Shown here: positions 1 through 13,566 of the stretch, in pieces
How positions within the stretch are numbered: position 1 is the first letter of the stretch
Layout: each line of letters opens with the position of its first letter
Source of the DNA: Octopus sinensis
Taxonomy: Eukaryota
Reading direction: 5' to 3'
Length of the DNA: 64,000 bases
NCBI RefSeq assembly: GCF_006345805.1
Contig: NC_043011.1
Location: forward strand, 60,152,464-60,216,463
Position numbers and translations under genes: made by a program
The notes under the pieces: generated by a model
The model's input: only the letters and a program-made list of their open reading frames with translations
Database searches by the model: none
What the model was told of the DNA's origin: nothing

Positions 1-176
1 TTATTTATTCAAACACACAGACATATATATATACTACAATGCTTATTTCATAACAGAACCTACTTAATCACTGCATGGTGCTTTTACGTGTGACTAAGTT
101 ACTTTTTAGCATCAAAAATGCAACTCAGTATAATGTTTTACACTCATACACACATACATAATACATATAAACATCA

Positions 177-563
177 TACTTGTTTCAGTCATTTGACTGT
201 GGCCATGCTGGAGCAGTGCCTTTCATCAAGCAAATTGACCCCAGAGTTTATTCTTTGTAAGCGTAGTACTTATTCGATCGGTGTCTTTTGCCAAACCACT
301 AAGTTACTGGGACATAAACACCAACATTGGTTGTCAAGCGATGTTGGGGGAACAAACACAGACACACACAGACACACACACACACACACACATATACATA
401 TATATGACAGGCTTCTTTCAGCTTCCATCTACCAAATCCACTCACAAGGCTTTGGTTGGACTGAGACTATAGTAGAAGATATTTGCTCAAGGTGCCATGC
501 AGTGGGACTGAACCCAGGACCATGTGGTTGGTAAAGAAGTTACTTACCACACAGCCACTCCTG
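177..563 (-). mobile_element. tRNA-derived SINE, family A
   Basis: Head with A/B-box-like motifs (gtggctgtgtggtaag...gttcagtccc), central (CA/TA)n tract and tail ...ccagcatggccacagtcaaatgactgaaacaagta. Confidence 0.88.
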
Positions 564-3500
564 TTGACTAAAGCATGAAAACATGTAACCAAATACCACT
601 TGCAACCGATTTGGTTAAACTGAGATGATTAAAGAAAATACTTGCTTCAGATGTCACACAGTAGGATCGATCATGGAACCATTGTAGAGTGGTTGTTTTA
701 ATCACAGGGCCATATACAGATTCTAGAATATGTCTGATGCATATTTTCACACACACATACACACACACACGTTTTCATATATAAATTATGATCAGCAGTA
801 TTTTATGCTGAGCTGGCAGAATCATTATAATGATGGGAAAATGCTTAGCAGTATTTCTTTCAATTTTATGTTCTGAGTTCAAATGCTGCCAGGAACAACT
901 CTGGCTTTCATCCTTTGATAAAACAAGAACCGGTTGAGCATTAGGCTTACTGTAAGCTGACTTACCCCACTCCACCGAAGTTGTTGGCCTTGTGCAAAAA
1001 TTTAAAACCATTATTTAATGTTTTCCACACTGGCAGGAGATGAAGGGGGTGTCACAGTCCAAGTCTGTTCTTATTTGGGGTTACCATCCACTGGAAATGG
1101 ATTGAAGTGCCATGTCTTGTTCATATGCTTAGATTTCGGTTTGGTTTCTGTAGCCAGATACCATTGCTCACATCAGCCACTGTATAGAATGTACTGGGAG
1201 CATTTTCTCATAAAACCAACAATATTCGCAATAATACAAGACCGAGGACCCTCTCAACCCTGTGCTGTCTCCATTAATTCCCAATCACTGTACACAGTGT
1301 GCCGAGAGCCTTTTATTGTGGCACCAACACTAGGGAGGTTATTTGTCCTTAAAAAGACAAAGCAAGACTATCACTACTGAATATTGTCTCCATTCATGTA
1401 GGCCAACATGAATAATAAATTGGTAGAAGCGGGTATGATAGCTGAAGATAATATGGGGTGGAGAATGGTAATGAAGCAGGAGCTTGAAGACGGTGACAGT
1501 GAGGAGAGGCAATGCTAGGAGTAATGAGAGAGAGAGAGATAGAGAGGTGGATAATCATAAAAATGGAAGGTGATAATGTTTTGGACGTCAATGAGTGACT
1601 TGGGAGAGAGGCAGCAGTGGCCGGTAGAATAGGGCAAGAAGATGAGCAGGTAAAAGAAAGTGTGTGATGATTAGTCGAGAATATGATGGCTATCTGAAGA
1701 AGTGGAGGGTGGAAGAGGGGAGTGTATCAGATCTGATGCAATTCCTTGTTAATTAGGTTTTGTTATAGAGAGAGACATTAATGGCAGCTGCATATTTGCT
1801 GGGAAAAAGAGAGAGAGTGAGGGGTGGGGAAGTATCAGGTACCAACAGACCTGTGTCATTTCCCATTATTCAGGTATTACTATGAGAGAGAGAGAGAAAG
1901 AGAGAGACAAGAGAGATGGAGGGAGTTTTAATTAGTGGTGAGAGTATACAGACACACACACACACACACACACAAACATTTGATTATAAGGAGTAATCAA
2001 CCAAGAGATGTGCTTAATACAAAAGTTGAAAACCACAGTTAAGTTAATCTACTTTTATAAGTATTACACAAATCTTAGAAAGCACATCTCTAGTTATCTC
2101 AAAAATTCAAACACTGAATTAAGACACCAAAATATTATAAGTTTTTCTTTTCTTTTCTTTTTTCCTTTTTTTATAACTCAAACATCATAATTTACTAATT
2201 CATATGATTAAACCAAGAACACACGTTTTTTTTTTAATGTTTATAGTCAACTGATTAAATCCTAGTATTTTAATAAACCAGGAAAGAACAAAGTTGATTC
2301 TTGTGGAATTATAGAATGCAATAATAATTCAAAATTTATCCAGAATGACATTTAACTGTCATCTCAACAAATCTTGTATAAAAAATCATATTTAAAGAAA
2401 AAGAGAGAGAATTGTAATTTGCATTGCAAATCCCTAAATCATTCTATATGAAATAAATCACAAATACAATAGTCTTCTGTGCTATGATGTTATTTATTTT
2501 CTACACTTGATTTAACATAATCAGAAATCTAAAGACTGATGTTTATTTTAATTAAATAAACCATTGAAAAGATGTTTAACATTTAAATATTTAACCATAA
2601 TTTAATAACTTTCTGCTCAGTGTCCACCCAATAATTGTTTTCTTCTCCTCACTGGTCCCACTAGAATTTAAACAAAAGCATTTCCATGCCGACGAGAGAT
2701 GCTCCTTTATTCATTCAACCTGAAAATGCAACATGCAATGAACTGACTCTGTCCATTTCTGTTGCAGCCCGAAATTTATCAAGTTTTCCTTTTTGCTTTT
2801 TTGTTTTTCTTTTGGTTCACAGTGCTTTGACTTTGATAAAGATTATAACTGACAAGTAACTAATAGCTTTTAGAAGGACATTTTCTAACAATACCTGCTA
2901 AGTGTTTTACCTTTTGTCTTCAGACTTCTATTTACTGTCCACTCTAAATATATACACTTTATTTGTAGTTTTCATGAAGAGGGACATCTCTGAACAATTA
3001 TCAAACCTTCCACGAGGGAATGCTGGAAGATGAGTGCCAATGATCCATGTAATAGGCTTCATAATTCTTGGGAGACTTCTTTCTGCATGAAACCATTGGT
3101 AGCCTTGTTAACTCTCAAGTAATGAATATTTATCCACCAATGCACTCATTCTCAATTTTTGATATTAGCGTGTGTGTAAAGCAAATTCATTTGCGAATTA
3201 TTCAACAATGCCAGTTGACCAATGTTGTTATCATCATTATCATAATAACAATGTTCTCTTTTCTATGTTTGTATGGGTCAGTAAAAATTTACTGAAGCAG
3301 AGTTTCCACAACTATATGCTTTTCCTGTAGCCATCCCTAACCTATCTCCAAGAAATGTGATATTTTCCCAAAGCTCTTTGAACATGAATAGATGAATGGC
3401 CAAAGAGCCACACATGTTTTCAAGGAAGAGTGCAGGCAAACAACACAGCTTATATGATAGTAGCATCCATTTAAAGTCAGTGTGCAATGTCAAGATATAG

Positions 3501-3660
3501 GGAGACAACCACACACACACACACACACACAGGTCTATGTCTATATATATGTGTGTGTGTGTCATCATTTCCAGCTATCAAAGCTTCAGTTATCCTGGAG
3601 CTCTAGCAGAAGATTTCTGTCCAAAGCACCACACAGTGGAAAAAGGTGCTGCACAAAGGG

Positions 3661-3733
3661 CCAAGGTATTGCACGAAGAGCCAAGGTGGCATGCCGTGAT
3701 CCAAGGTGGCATGCCGTGATCCAAGGTGGCATG
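3661..3733. repeat. 20-bp minisatellite derived from a SINE head
   Basis: ccaaggtggcatgccgtgat twice, plus a partial unit, with a diverged ccaaggtattgcacgaagag in register. Confidence 0.92.
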
Positions 3734-5712
3734 TGAGTAGAATTTTGTAAATGGATTGTATGTATCTGTGTTTATGTTTATCAGTGTAAACCAATGTGCT
3801 GAGTAGCAATACTTCATATGAAAATATAAACTGTAACTTAGTGATTCAATAAGTAGAAATCCATAAAATAATTTCCTATGTTCAATATGTACTGGGTCAA
3901 ATAAAATCAACCAAAATTCTCCTGAAAGTTTTGTCCTAATAAAGAACAGTTCTATAACAGAAACAAATAAATGAATAAAAAAAACCCCAAGAAATTTATT
4001 GTTTCTTCAATATTAAAATGGCAGCAATTTTATAGAGTATATATGATAGAGGGATGACATGATAATTTTATACATCTAAAAAACAGTGATCTTTTGTCAT
4101 TTATTTAACCACTTGGTTATGCTGAAATTGGTGAATTTTTCAAAAGAAATAATATAGAATTCTCTCCTAAGAAAAGGTTTCATTCGTTAATTTTTACTTA
4201 TCTATCTTTTTCCTTGAGCCCAAGGATTTGTAAGGTAAGTTAACTAGTTTTCATGGCATATTATTGTGGTGTCACATAAAAGCACCCATGTGGTGCCACG
4301 TGAAAGCGCCTCTGTGACACCATGTCACGATGTGACAGCATACTCTGTAAAGTGGTTGATGAAGGGCATCCAACCATAGAAACCATTCCAAATCAGACTG
4401 GAATTTGGTGCAGCTCCTCAGCTTGCCAACTCTGGTGAAACTGTCCAACTCATGCCAGCATGGACAATGGACGTTAAATGATGATGATGATGAAATCACA
4501 GTTCCTCTGAAATGGTTGAAGATTTGGTGCAGTTCTCCTCTGATATAAACAAAATAAACAAGGCAAAGGAGAGCAGACAGAGACTCTTAAAAGTAAAGAC
4601 TTTGTCGGGAAACTTGCAGATAGCAGCAACAATAAAAGTGGAAGTTGGTGTTAATTCAATCGAATATAATAAAAGAAACTAAACAAATGAATACGAAATG
4701 ATTGGTAACTTTGATAAACAGACGGCATTTCAAAGAGACAGGTAAAAATTATAGTAATAAGTCATCTTTCACTTCTAATGAAAGATTAAATGATAAAAGT
4801 TTTAACTTGGAAGGAAGCAAAAGAAGAAAGAAAGAAAACCATTTTAAATCATATTGAAATAAGAAATGATTTTAGAGATTTATGTGTGACAAGTCTATGA
4901 AATATAATATTGTATGGTGCAGGGATGGCTGTGTGGTTAAAAGGTTTGCTTCCTATCCACATGGTCTCAGGTTCAGTCCTACAATGTGGTACCTGGGGTG
5001 TTTTTACTACAGATTCAGACAGACCAAAGCCTTGTGAACAGATTTAGTAGATGGAAACTGAAAGATGTGTGTGTGTGTGTATGTGTATGTGTGTATGTAT
5101 GTGCCTCTGTGTGTGTGTGTGTGTTTGCATGCACCTGTGTGTGTGTGTATGTTGGCGTCTCCTTGTCTTGACATCATGCGATTGTTGTAAATGAATGTCA
5201 TTTATTTCCAATATCCTGTGGGAATATGTCTGGTCATGAAAAAAATATTACCTTGCTTGGAAAGAAGTAAGGGTTGGTGGCAGGAAGCATCCCGTCATAG
5301 AAAATCTGCCTTGATAGACTCCATCCAACCCATGCAAGCATGGAAAAGCGGATGCTAGGATGATGATGATGACACAGGAAACTGATCGGCTAGTGAAGAC
5401 AGTTGCTAGCTCAACAGAAGATGAATAGAAATATAATGAGAAGAATCCACTTAATCTGCTACTTGGTTTAACACCCCCAACTTGCATTTGGGTACCTTTA
5501 GAAGAATCCAGTCAGTTGGAAACATTCTAGGCAGACCATCAATCTGAAGATTGCTTTGTGCCTCTCTTCTCTATGACCATCATTAGTCACAAAGGCTCTG
5601 CAAAGGATAATGAGTGATACTCTTCTTCCTTTGGCTAAGTCCTAACTCCCTAGAAATACCTGAAGAAGTGTACGAACCCTTTGCTCACCATACTTCCATT
5701 AAAATATACCTT

Positions 5713-5943
5713 AAGGCGTCGAGCTGGCAGAAATGTTAGCACGCTGGACGAAATGCGTAGCCGTATTTCATCTGCCGTTACATTCTGAGTTCAAATTCCG
5801 CTGAGGTCAACTTTGCCTTTCATCCTTTCAGGGTCAATAAATTAAGTACCAGTTATGCACTGGGGTCGATGTAATCGACTTAATCCATTTATCTGTCCTT
5901 GTTTGTCCCCTCTGTGTTTAGCCCCTTGTGGGTAGTAAAGAAA
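5713..5943 (+). mobile_element. tRNA-derived SINE, family B
   Basis: aaggcgtcgagctggcagaaatgttagc...gagttcaaattcc...gggtagtaaagaaa. Older copies lie near 800-1010, 10915-11110, 24635-24845, 29320-29520 and 34935-35145. Confidence 0.9.
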
Positions 5944-6364
5944 AAAATAAAATAAAATAAAATAAAATATACTGCTTTTGTTTCAACTAAGCTTGAAATT
6001 TATGAGGAATTTAATAAAACATCTTTGGTGTTTGGAACATAAGTTAGCATGGAATTTGGATGGAAGATTTTAATTTAGCTCACTCTAAAACAGGAAGTTT
6101 ATATCATGAAACTAGAAGCTGTCTTGGGAGGGTTGGAATGAAAAACGGTGAAGCCAAGTGATAGAGCAAAGTAAATATAAGTATTAAGTTTAAGAAAAGG
6201 AAGTGCGTCAAGAGATAGAATTAACTATAATAAATGAGTCTTAAAAATCAACAAGTGTGAGAAACTGCTTAGTGACAGGTAACGTTTAAAGAAGTGAAGA
6301 TCAGTGGAGTAAAAGTTATATGTTGTTGAATCTAATCTAAGAATCCAATAGTAGGAAAATAATA

Positions 6365-6650
6365 TTAATAACATAAGTCAGAAGACTTTATTATGGAGTT
6401 AATATTGCTATGGTCGGTGCTTTTGAAATTTTCATCATTATACTGCAATATGGCTTTTAATCATTCCATAGACCATTGCTTATCGATAGCTTTTCCCAAT
6501 AGATGCTGGTTTATTGATGTTTCTTTTAGAAGCTGATTTGAATTAAACTCGTATATAACTTTTATTTTTCTTATATTGAGTTGTTCAATCATTTGTAACT
6601 TCACAACAGTAGTTTGAGCAACAGCAGCAGTTTCTACAACGGCAATCAAT
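6365..6650 (-). pseudogene. Possible Penelope GIY-YIG endonuclease C-terminal remnant
   Basis: ETSINQHLL...ILQYNDENFKS...IIKSSDLCY loosely resembles SAIGQHLL...YNDDMF...IK..KPDLC. It contains a stop. Confidence 0.3.
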
Positions 6651-9600
6651 GAACATCTACATGGTTGCTCAAATTGCCAAAAATAGCAGCCACATTACAC
6701 CCCACAGTCTTTACAAAAAAAAGAAAGGACATACTGGATGTTGTAGCTGGAGATGGACTAATGACAGAAACAACAACAACAACAAGAAAAACCCTGGGAT
6801 GGCAACAGTTTGAATGCCATTGATCATAAATGTGTTAAATCAGGTTTGTCTTTGAGATAAACATCAACCGCAGCAGGGTTGCACTTTCAATTGTGTCAGA
6901 TGACAGATATGAAAGGAACAAATCAAATATTGGAAAATACTGAAATTACTTTCAGCAATTTCTATATTATATTATAATAAATTACCAAGGGAAACAGGGA
7001 GCTTTTATGTGGTTGAATAGCCTTCTAGACATAGCAGCCATAAAACTTCCTCTTCAAGTGGTCACAGTTGAGATCATCTCACAATGATGCTACACCAGGA
7101 ATTATTGTCTCTTATGAACTTTGGCAGATTCTCAGTTTCATGTTGTGAATCTCTGCCAACAAAAGAATTTTGAAGAAGGCACAGGTAAAGGCTGTCTCAT
7201 TAAGAATGCTTCTTTGCAACTCTGTGGCTCTGAGTTCAATCCTACTGCATAGAATTGTAAGCGCCTTCTACAATTATCCTGTATTGGCAATGCCTTGAGA
7301 CTGGAACTTGTAACACAGAGACTGTGCAGAAACCCATCAAATGCTGTGGGCATGTGGGTTGATGTGCCATACTGCCTCTCCCTTTATATTAAAAAGGTAA
7401 TTTAGCAGCTCAGCGAACAGAGATAATTACAATAAGTGTCAAACTGAAATAATGACAGTGGTTGATATCATTATCCTCATTTTGATCTCCATTTCTTCAT
7501 GCTTGCATGGGTCGAGTAGAATTTGTTGAAACAGATTTCCCAAGTTCAATGTCCTTCCTGTCACCAACCTTCACCTGTTCCCAAGCAAGGCAGCTGTTCC
7601 AAAAACTATGTTTTTATGGAAGATTAGGAATGAATGACACTGCTTGTATGATGATGATGATGATGATGATGATGCCTACTTTCAATTATCACACAAATGT
7701 TAAAACAAAGAAACAACCAATCACACGCACACATATACACGATGGACTTTTTTCAGTTTCCACCAAACAAATCCACTCCCAAAAGTTTTGTCAAGCCAGA
7801 ACTGTAATAAAAGACACTTGATCAAAGTACCCCAAGGTACCACATGGCAGGACTTAACCGAAAATCATGTTTTGGAAGTGATATGATGTACGACTTGTCG
7901 TCGTCACTGTTATATCTGAATTGTTATAATATGAAACGTTCCTGTGCTCTCTTATCGCTCTCCAACTGTGTACCTTCAACAAGCACTCCATGATATCTTT
8001 ATTCAATAATTCCTACGACCTGTACAATATATGATGGCACACATGACACTCTTCTCAGTCTGTTCTGCACATGCTCAGTTATACTAACTGGTAGAGTTCA
8101 CTTAGCCAATCACGGGGGTGTACAGATTCCCTATACAACAGGAAGCAAACTTCTTAATCACACAAGTTTGCCTGTGTTTATCAATTGATCAAAACCCTTG
8201 AAAGGAAGTGCCACAGTGTAACTGCATCAGGTGCCTGAAACCAGTCGAAAATAAAGAAGAGAATACACCTGGAATATGGTCCGTCAGTAGTAGTGTAAAG
8301 TCGACAGACACGAATACTTTTAAGTGAACTATGTAAGTGCAGGACTAACACAGCTTTGAAATCAAATTACTAAGAGATTTATTCAATACTTTTAAAAATA
8401 ATTTTCTCTCTCATCTCATCACATGTACCTACCATAAACCTTGAAGTATGCTGCCCAAAATATAAAAAAATCACCAAACCACCGAGAAAAATAAATATAA
8501 AAAATTGTCAGAAAAGTTTTGAATCTCTACTAATCACAATTATCTTGACATTAAAAATAACTCAGATGATATTTTGGTTTCTAGTGCTGACAAGATTACA
8601 GCCCCCTGAAGTTGGCTGCCAGTCTGAAGTGATAAAAGAGTTAAGCCAGTTTGTGAGCCTAACCTCATGAATATTCTTTAAATCTCTTCTAAACTGCCAA
8701 AGAAGAATAACACTTCAATCAATTCTGAAGTAAATTTTATATGGCAGATATATGCAGAATTGGCTTGCATTCAAGTAAAGTACATAAGCACAGAAAAACT
8801 GGGGAAAAAAAATGGATCTTGAGTTTGATGAAATCTATAACAACAACAACGTTGATAGCATTCACTATCAGAGTCAGTCAAGTTGCTTGAAACAACAGTC
8901 CAAACACCCTCAAACTTATATTTTATTATCCTAAAAAGAAGCTGCATGAGACAGAATAGTCCAAAATAAACTTAAAATAGTGGTATCATCACTGTTTGAG
9001 CAACACTGATTTGGAACTGAACAAGAGGCAAAGTAGCCCTTACTTAGCCAACTGACCTGTTAGAAATAGCAGCTAAAATCTTCCTCACAGCATACCCTAC
9101 CATCTTAAATGAAGAAGGATGCATTGAGCCAATGGAGGTGCCTTGGCATATTTGCTTGACCCACTAGAAATAGCACCAAATCTCTATCAAATCATACTCT
9201 ACTATATTAAAAAGTACCATGTTAAATGAAACAGGCCTCGGTCTTCTAACTATAGGAGAAAGATGACATGTTAGACAATGTTGTTTTAGAGATATAAAAA
9301 GATGAGATGGTCATGGATGGAGTGCCTTTCAGCGTAGGTCTGCTTGATTAAAACTGAAGTGGCACTAAACAGAGACAGCTGTTTCTAACACAGGCAAGAA
9401 GGCTAGCAATTTTGAAGAAAGGAAGATATTTGATACTACAGACCCCAGTCCTTGACTGGCACTTCATGTTTATTCTGTTGACCCCAAAGGAATGAAGGGC
9501 AAAGTCGACCATATAAGGATATGGACTCAGAGAGTTAAGAGCAGAAACAAATACCAAATACCACACAGTATTTTTCCAAATGCTCAAATGATTCTGTCAA

Positions 9601-9814
9601 TCCATTGCTCTCAACAACAACGCTATTCCCATCAACAACAACTATTTCTTCTGCAGGAAGAAGACCTGAAATTATGGGGGAGGGGTTGAGTCAATTACAT
9701 TGATCCCAGTGCTCAACTGGTACTTATTTCATCAACTGTGAGAGAATGAAAGGTAGAGCCAACTTTGACTGCATTTGAACTCAGAACGGACAGATGAACA
9801 AATGCCACTAAGTA

Positions 9815-10345
9815 TTTTGGGATGTTTTACTCTTTGAACGGCAGATCAAGAAATTAATTTTTTGTAACTAAACACTTTCAAACTTTGGACAATGGTAGAA
9901 TGTGTCATATAAAACATCTTTTACTCTTAGTGTTGTTGAGAAAAGTTTATATTTTCAAAGTTATTTCATGTTAAAGTAGTCGTATTTTGGTAATTTCAAC
10001 CAATCAATGACGTGTGTTCAGCTGAATAAAATTACTGCCGTTGTTTGTCAATAACAACTGTCGGTGGTGTATTTTTCATTTGTCACTGTTATTTATGACA
10101 TCATTCGTGCATTTGTACTGGTTTTAGCATTAAGGTTTTAGGGTTAGGTTTGGGGGTGTTAGGGTTAGGGTTGGGATTTTAGGGTTAGAGTTATGGAAAA
10201 AAGTGGAAAATGAAGAAATTGGAGGGGAAGGGGGAAAAGTTTTTCCAAAAATAGTAGCTGAAAAACAGGAAAAAAAAAAGCTAAAAGCAGTAGAAATGCA
10301 CAAACGATTGTGGTGGTGCCATGAAGTAAACATGCTTCAGACACT
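9815..10345. mobile_element. Interspersed element with an internal TTAGGG-like tract (possibly a Helentron-derived non-autonomous element)
   Basis: Short subterminal inverted motifs (ggatgttttactc and gaagtaaacatgc) and an internal degenerate (TTAGGG)n. It abuts a truncated SINE. The class is inferred. Confidence 0.4.
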
Positions 10346-12169
10346 CTCGTTTATTCATACAAACATATCTGAGATGAAATATGTCATAAATAACAGTGAC
10401 AAACAAAATATACACCACCGGAAGTTGTTGTTGGACCTTGGTAGTGTTTGAACTCAGAATGCAATGAGTTAGAAGAAGATGCCATTAGGCATTTCGTCTG
10501 ATCTGCTAATGATTCTGCCAGCTTGCTGCTGCCTTTGACTTTAAAAAAAAGTTTCATCATTTCACACATTACAGTCAGAAAAAAGCACCAGTGCACTGAA
10601 TAATGTGGTCCTAGGTACACTATGTTTGAGGAAAAGAAGAAGACTTGTCATGGTTGGAATGTCTTTGGTCAGCTCAACCAGGACCGGCCTAGATCTAATC
10701 TAAACAACAACAACAAACAAATATATTGGGCAAAGTCCATTCAAGCAAGGTCTCTGGTTTGAGGACATCATTCTCTCCAACCTATCTTGGAGTCCCAGTA
10801 AAGGGTCATGATCACTGTTAAAGATACTGGCTAAGTGATAAAACATATATTTGAGAGGAATTTTAAGACTCACAGCAAACCCATATTGTTTTGAAATGTT
10901 GGCACAAGGCCAGTATTTTGGGGGGAGGCGGTAGGGTTAATTACATCGACCCCCACCCCCACCACAGTGTTCAACTGGTACTTATTTTATCGACCTTGGA
11001 AAGATGAAAGGCAAAGTCAACCTCAGTGGAATTTGAACTCAGAATGTACTGACAAACGACATGCTTCTAATTATTTTGCCTAATGTGTTAATGATTCTAC
11101 CAGCTCACTACTTGAAACTCGTAAAATAGTACAATTGTGTCCCAGCTGTAATTTTGCACTCTGCATGTACAGACCTTGTATAACAGAGTATAAAAGTCTA
11201 TTGTCTTTCAACAGTCTTAAGTACTTAATATTCAAAGCATAATATTACTTACGACAAGCTACAGCAAATAAAGAAAGCATTGATGTTTAAAATCAGAAGC
11301 AAGCAAGTATCTTTACACATATAATTTGATCGAAGGACCTATATAACATCAGATGTTCAATATATTGAGTGGAAACACTTCGATATATTAACGAAACATC
11401 ATTAATCATCGCCAAAATTTCTTGAAAATGATATTGGAAATTAATTGAATTTTAGATTACATTAGTAATATGTATAATTGTTGCATTGCTTCAGATAAGA
11501 GAGCTGTCGTAAATATATGTGTGCTTATTTTGCCTATGAAATTAAACATAATTACAGGAGAAATATACAGCAACTAATGTATATATGTGTGTGGTTACAA
11601 GCGTTAAAACTTCCATACGTAAAAGTTTTATAGAACTAGACTGGTCTCAGAAACTTACCAGACACTTAAACTGCCTCCATAATATTGTAAAGTGATGTTA
11701 ATAAATCTTAATAACAACCATTCATCTCAAACAGTTAGATGTTTAATTTCTTAAATTCTTCAGTGTGGCAGGACTGTCAGAAGGTACTGCTAGTTTAGGA
11801 TATGTCCTGGCCAGCTAATTGTGTCTGAGATGTATGAAAATATACTGAAACTGTTCTCTCACACATTTGTTTAAATATGTGAAAATTGTAAACCTGGGGA
11901 CTTATGTTGAACATTTGCTATCATATATAGGAGGGTTCTGGCTGAAAGCTAAGTCTGTTGTCTTCCTTTAGTCAGAAATATCAGGCAGTTTCCATCTATC
12001 TATTATTTATGGCAAAAATAAAAGTACGGTGGACAATTTCGAAAAGACAGAGGACAAAGCTTTACATGTCTGAAAAACTCCTTGTTAAATTCTATAAATA
12101 TCACTTACAGGGAATGAAGAAGATGGTTTTTTTTTATCCCCCCCCCCACTGTTATGGAAATTAAAATGC

Positions 12170-12490
12170 AGCCACACTGGGGCACCACCTCGAAGAAATT
12201 TTAATCAAATGAATTGACACCAATCCTTTTATTTTTCTTAAACCTGGTGCTTATTCTATTGGTCTCTTGCCAAACTGCTAAGTCATGGGAATGTAAATAC
12301 ACTAACACTGGTTGTGAAGCATTGGCTGGGGGATAAACACACACACACACACACACAATGGGCTTCTTTCAGTTTTTGTCAACCAAACCAAGTCAGAAGT
12401 CATTGGTCAGCCCAAGGTGCCATGCAGCAGGACTGAACCCAGAACCTTGTGACTGGGAAGCAAACTTCTTACCACACAGCCATGCCTATA
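12170..12490 (-). mobile_element. tRNA-derived SINE, family A
   Basis: Same head, core and tail as the other family A copies, more diverged. Confidence 0.8.
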
Positions 12491-12951
12491 TATTTAGTAT
12501 TACTTGCTTAGAGTGGAGGAAAGGGGTTTGCATATGACCTTTGTAGGGTCTTTGAGATTAGTGAGGTTGATCCCAGGGATGTTCCATTTAAATTGTTGCC
12601 GGTCAACAAACGTAGAAACGAAAAGGGTAGAAACGAAATCTGAGATGTGGTGTGAATCTAAAACTTCATTAATACATGACTTCCTCACCTTTTGATTCCA
12701 ATTAGGAGAGCTCTTTCCAAGCAAAGAATTTGAGAGAGATTTAGTTTGTATTTCTAGCATGCCAAGTAACTCCATAGCAGATAATCTCTGATTGGTTCAT
12801 TTTGTGAATGTTATCATTAAGGTTAAAGAAAAACCACAGCATTATTATTTTCCTTTAAATCAATATTACTGAATCCCACTACATTACATGCTTATCATAC
12901 TAATGTGTAATGATCATTGCTCTGGAAAGTATATGAAATAATGATATCTTT

Positions 12952-13010
<59 letters not shown>

Positions 13011-13020
13011 CAACAACAAC

Positions 13021-13566
13021 AGTACTAGGCAGTGGCTCTTGTGGCTTCTGATCTTAATTGATTGGAAGTGTTATCATGTACATTGTTTTGTCTTGGTATA
13101 AAAGATGGGCTACAGCAAATATTCTGCTCAATACCACAGATTTGCTTGTCAGTTGTTTGACCTTAAGCAGTTGAGCATGTCCTTTGGTGGCTGACGATAT
13201 GTGCATTTCTGATCACGAGCAGAGATAGTGGGAAAGCATCATAGCCGTGTGTTGAAAGGAATTCTTACAGGTTTGGATAATTTACCTTTGGAAACATGGG
13301 TGGTTCATTCAACATCCTTAAACAATCCTTATTCAGGGACCTTTTGAGTGGGATGGGTTACTCCACCAGAAGAAAATTCTAACTGGGACCCACCTGCAAG
13401 GTCATGTGCTGTTTATCTTGATATGAGATCACCATGTCGCACACATATGGTTGTGATGCATGTGCCTAGTGTACCCTTATCAGATGGGTAGTCATGATGG
13501 GTGTACTGGGCTTCATATATTTGTACCCCAGTGTCACTTTGATGGTATGCACTGCTCTCTTACTCA
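13021..13566 (+). mobile_element. Non-coding interspersed repeat of about 545 bp inserted in an (AAT)n array; probably the 3' UTR of a Dong/R4-type element
   Basis: Complex sequence flanked by (AAT)n/(AAC)n at 12950-13020 and (AAT)n at 13566-13586. No ORF. The family assignment is an inference. Confidence 0.55.

Noticed and set aside
118-534. ORF-track proteins with THTHT/YIYI runs and recurring GLNPEPCG or WLDALP motifs (here and at 25105, 32941, 48440 and 62240)
   Set aside because: They are translations of SINE and RTE-tail copies and of microsatellites, not genes.
1390-1800. Purine-rich tract, possibly an antisense CR1/L2 endonuclease remnant
   Set aside because: Only a vague SDH-like motif (IFSTNHHTLSF) was seen, which is too weak to call.
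3661-3733. Short direct repeats resembling a CRISPR array
   Set aside because: The units are contiguous with no spacers, derive from a SINE, and the context is a eukaryotic intron.
7890-8200. Unique-looking, moderately GC-rich segment containing GAAACGTT
   Set aside because: No hammerhead core or stem II, and no recognisable ORF or terminal repeats.
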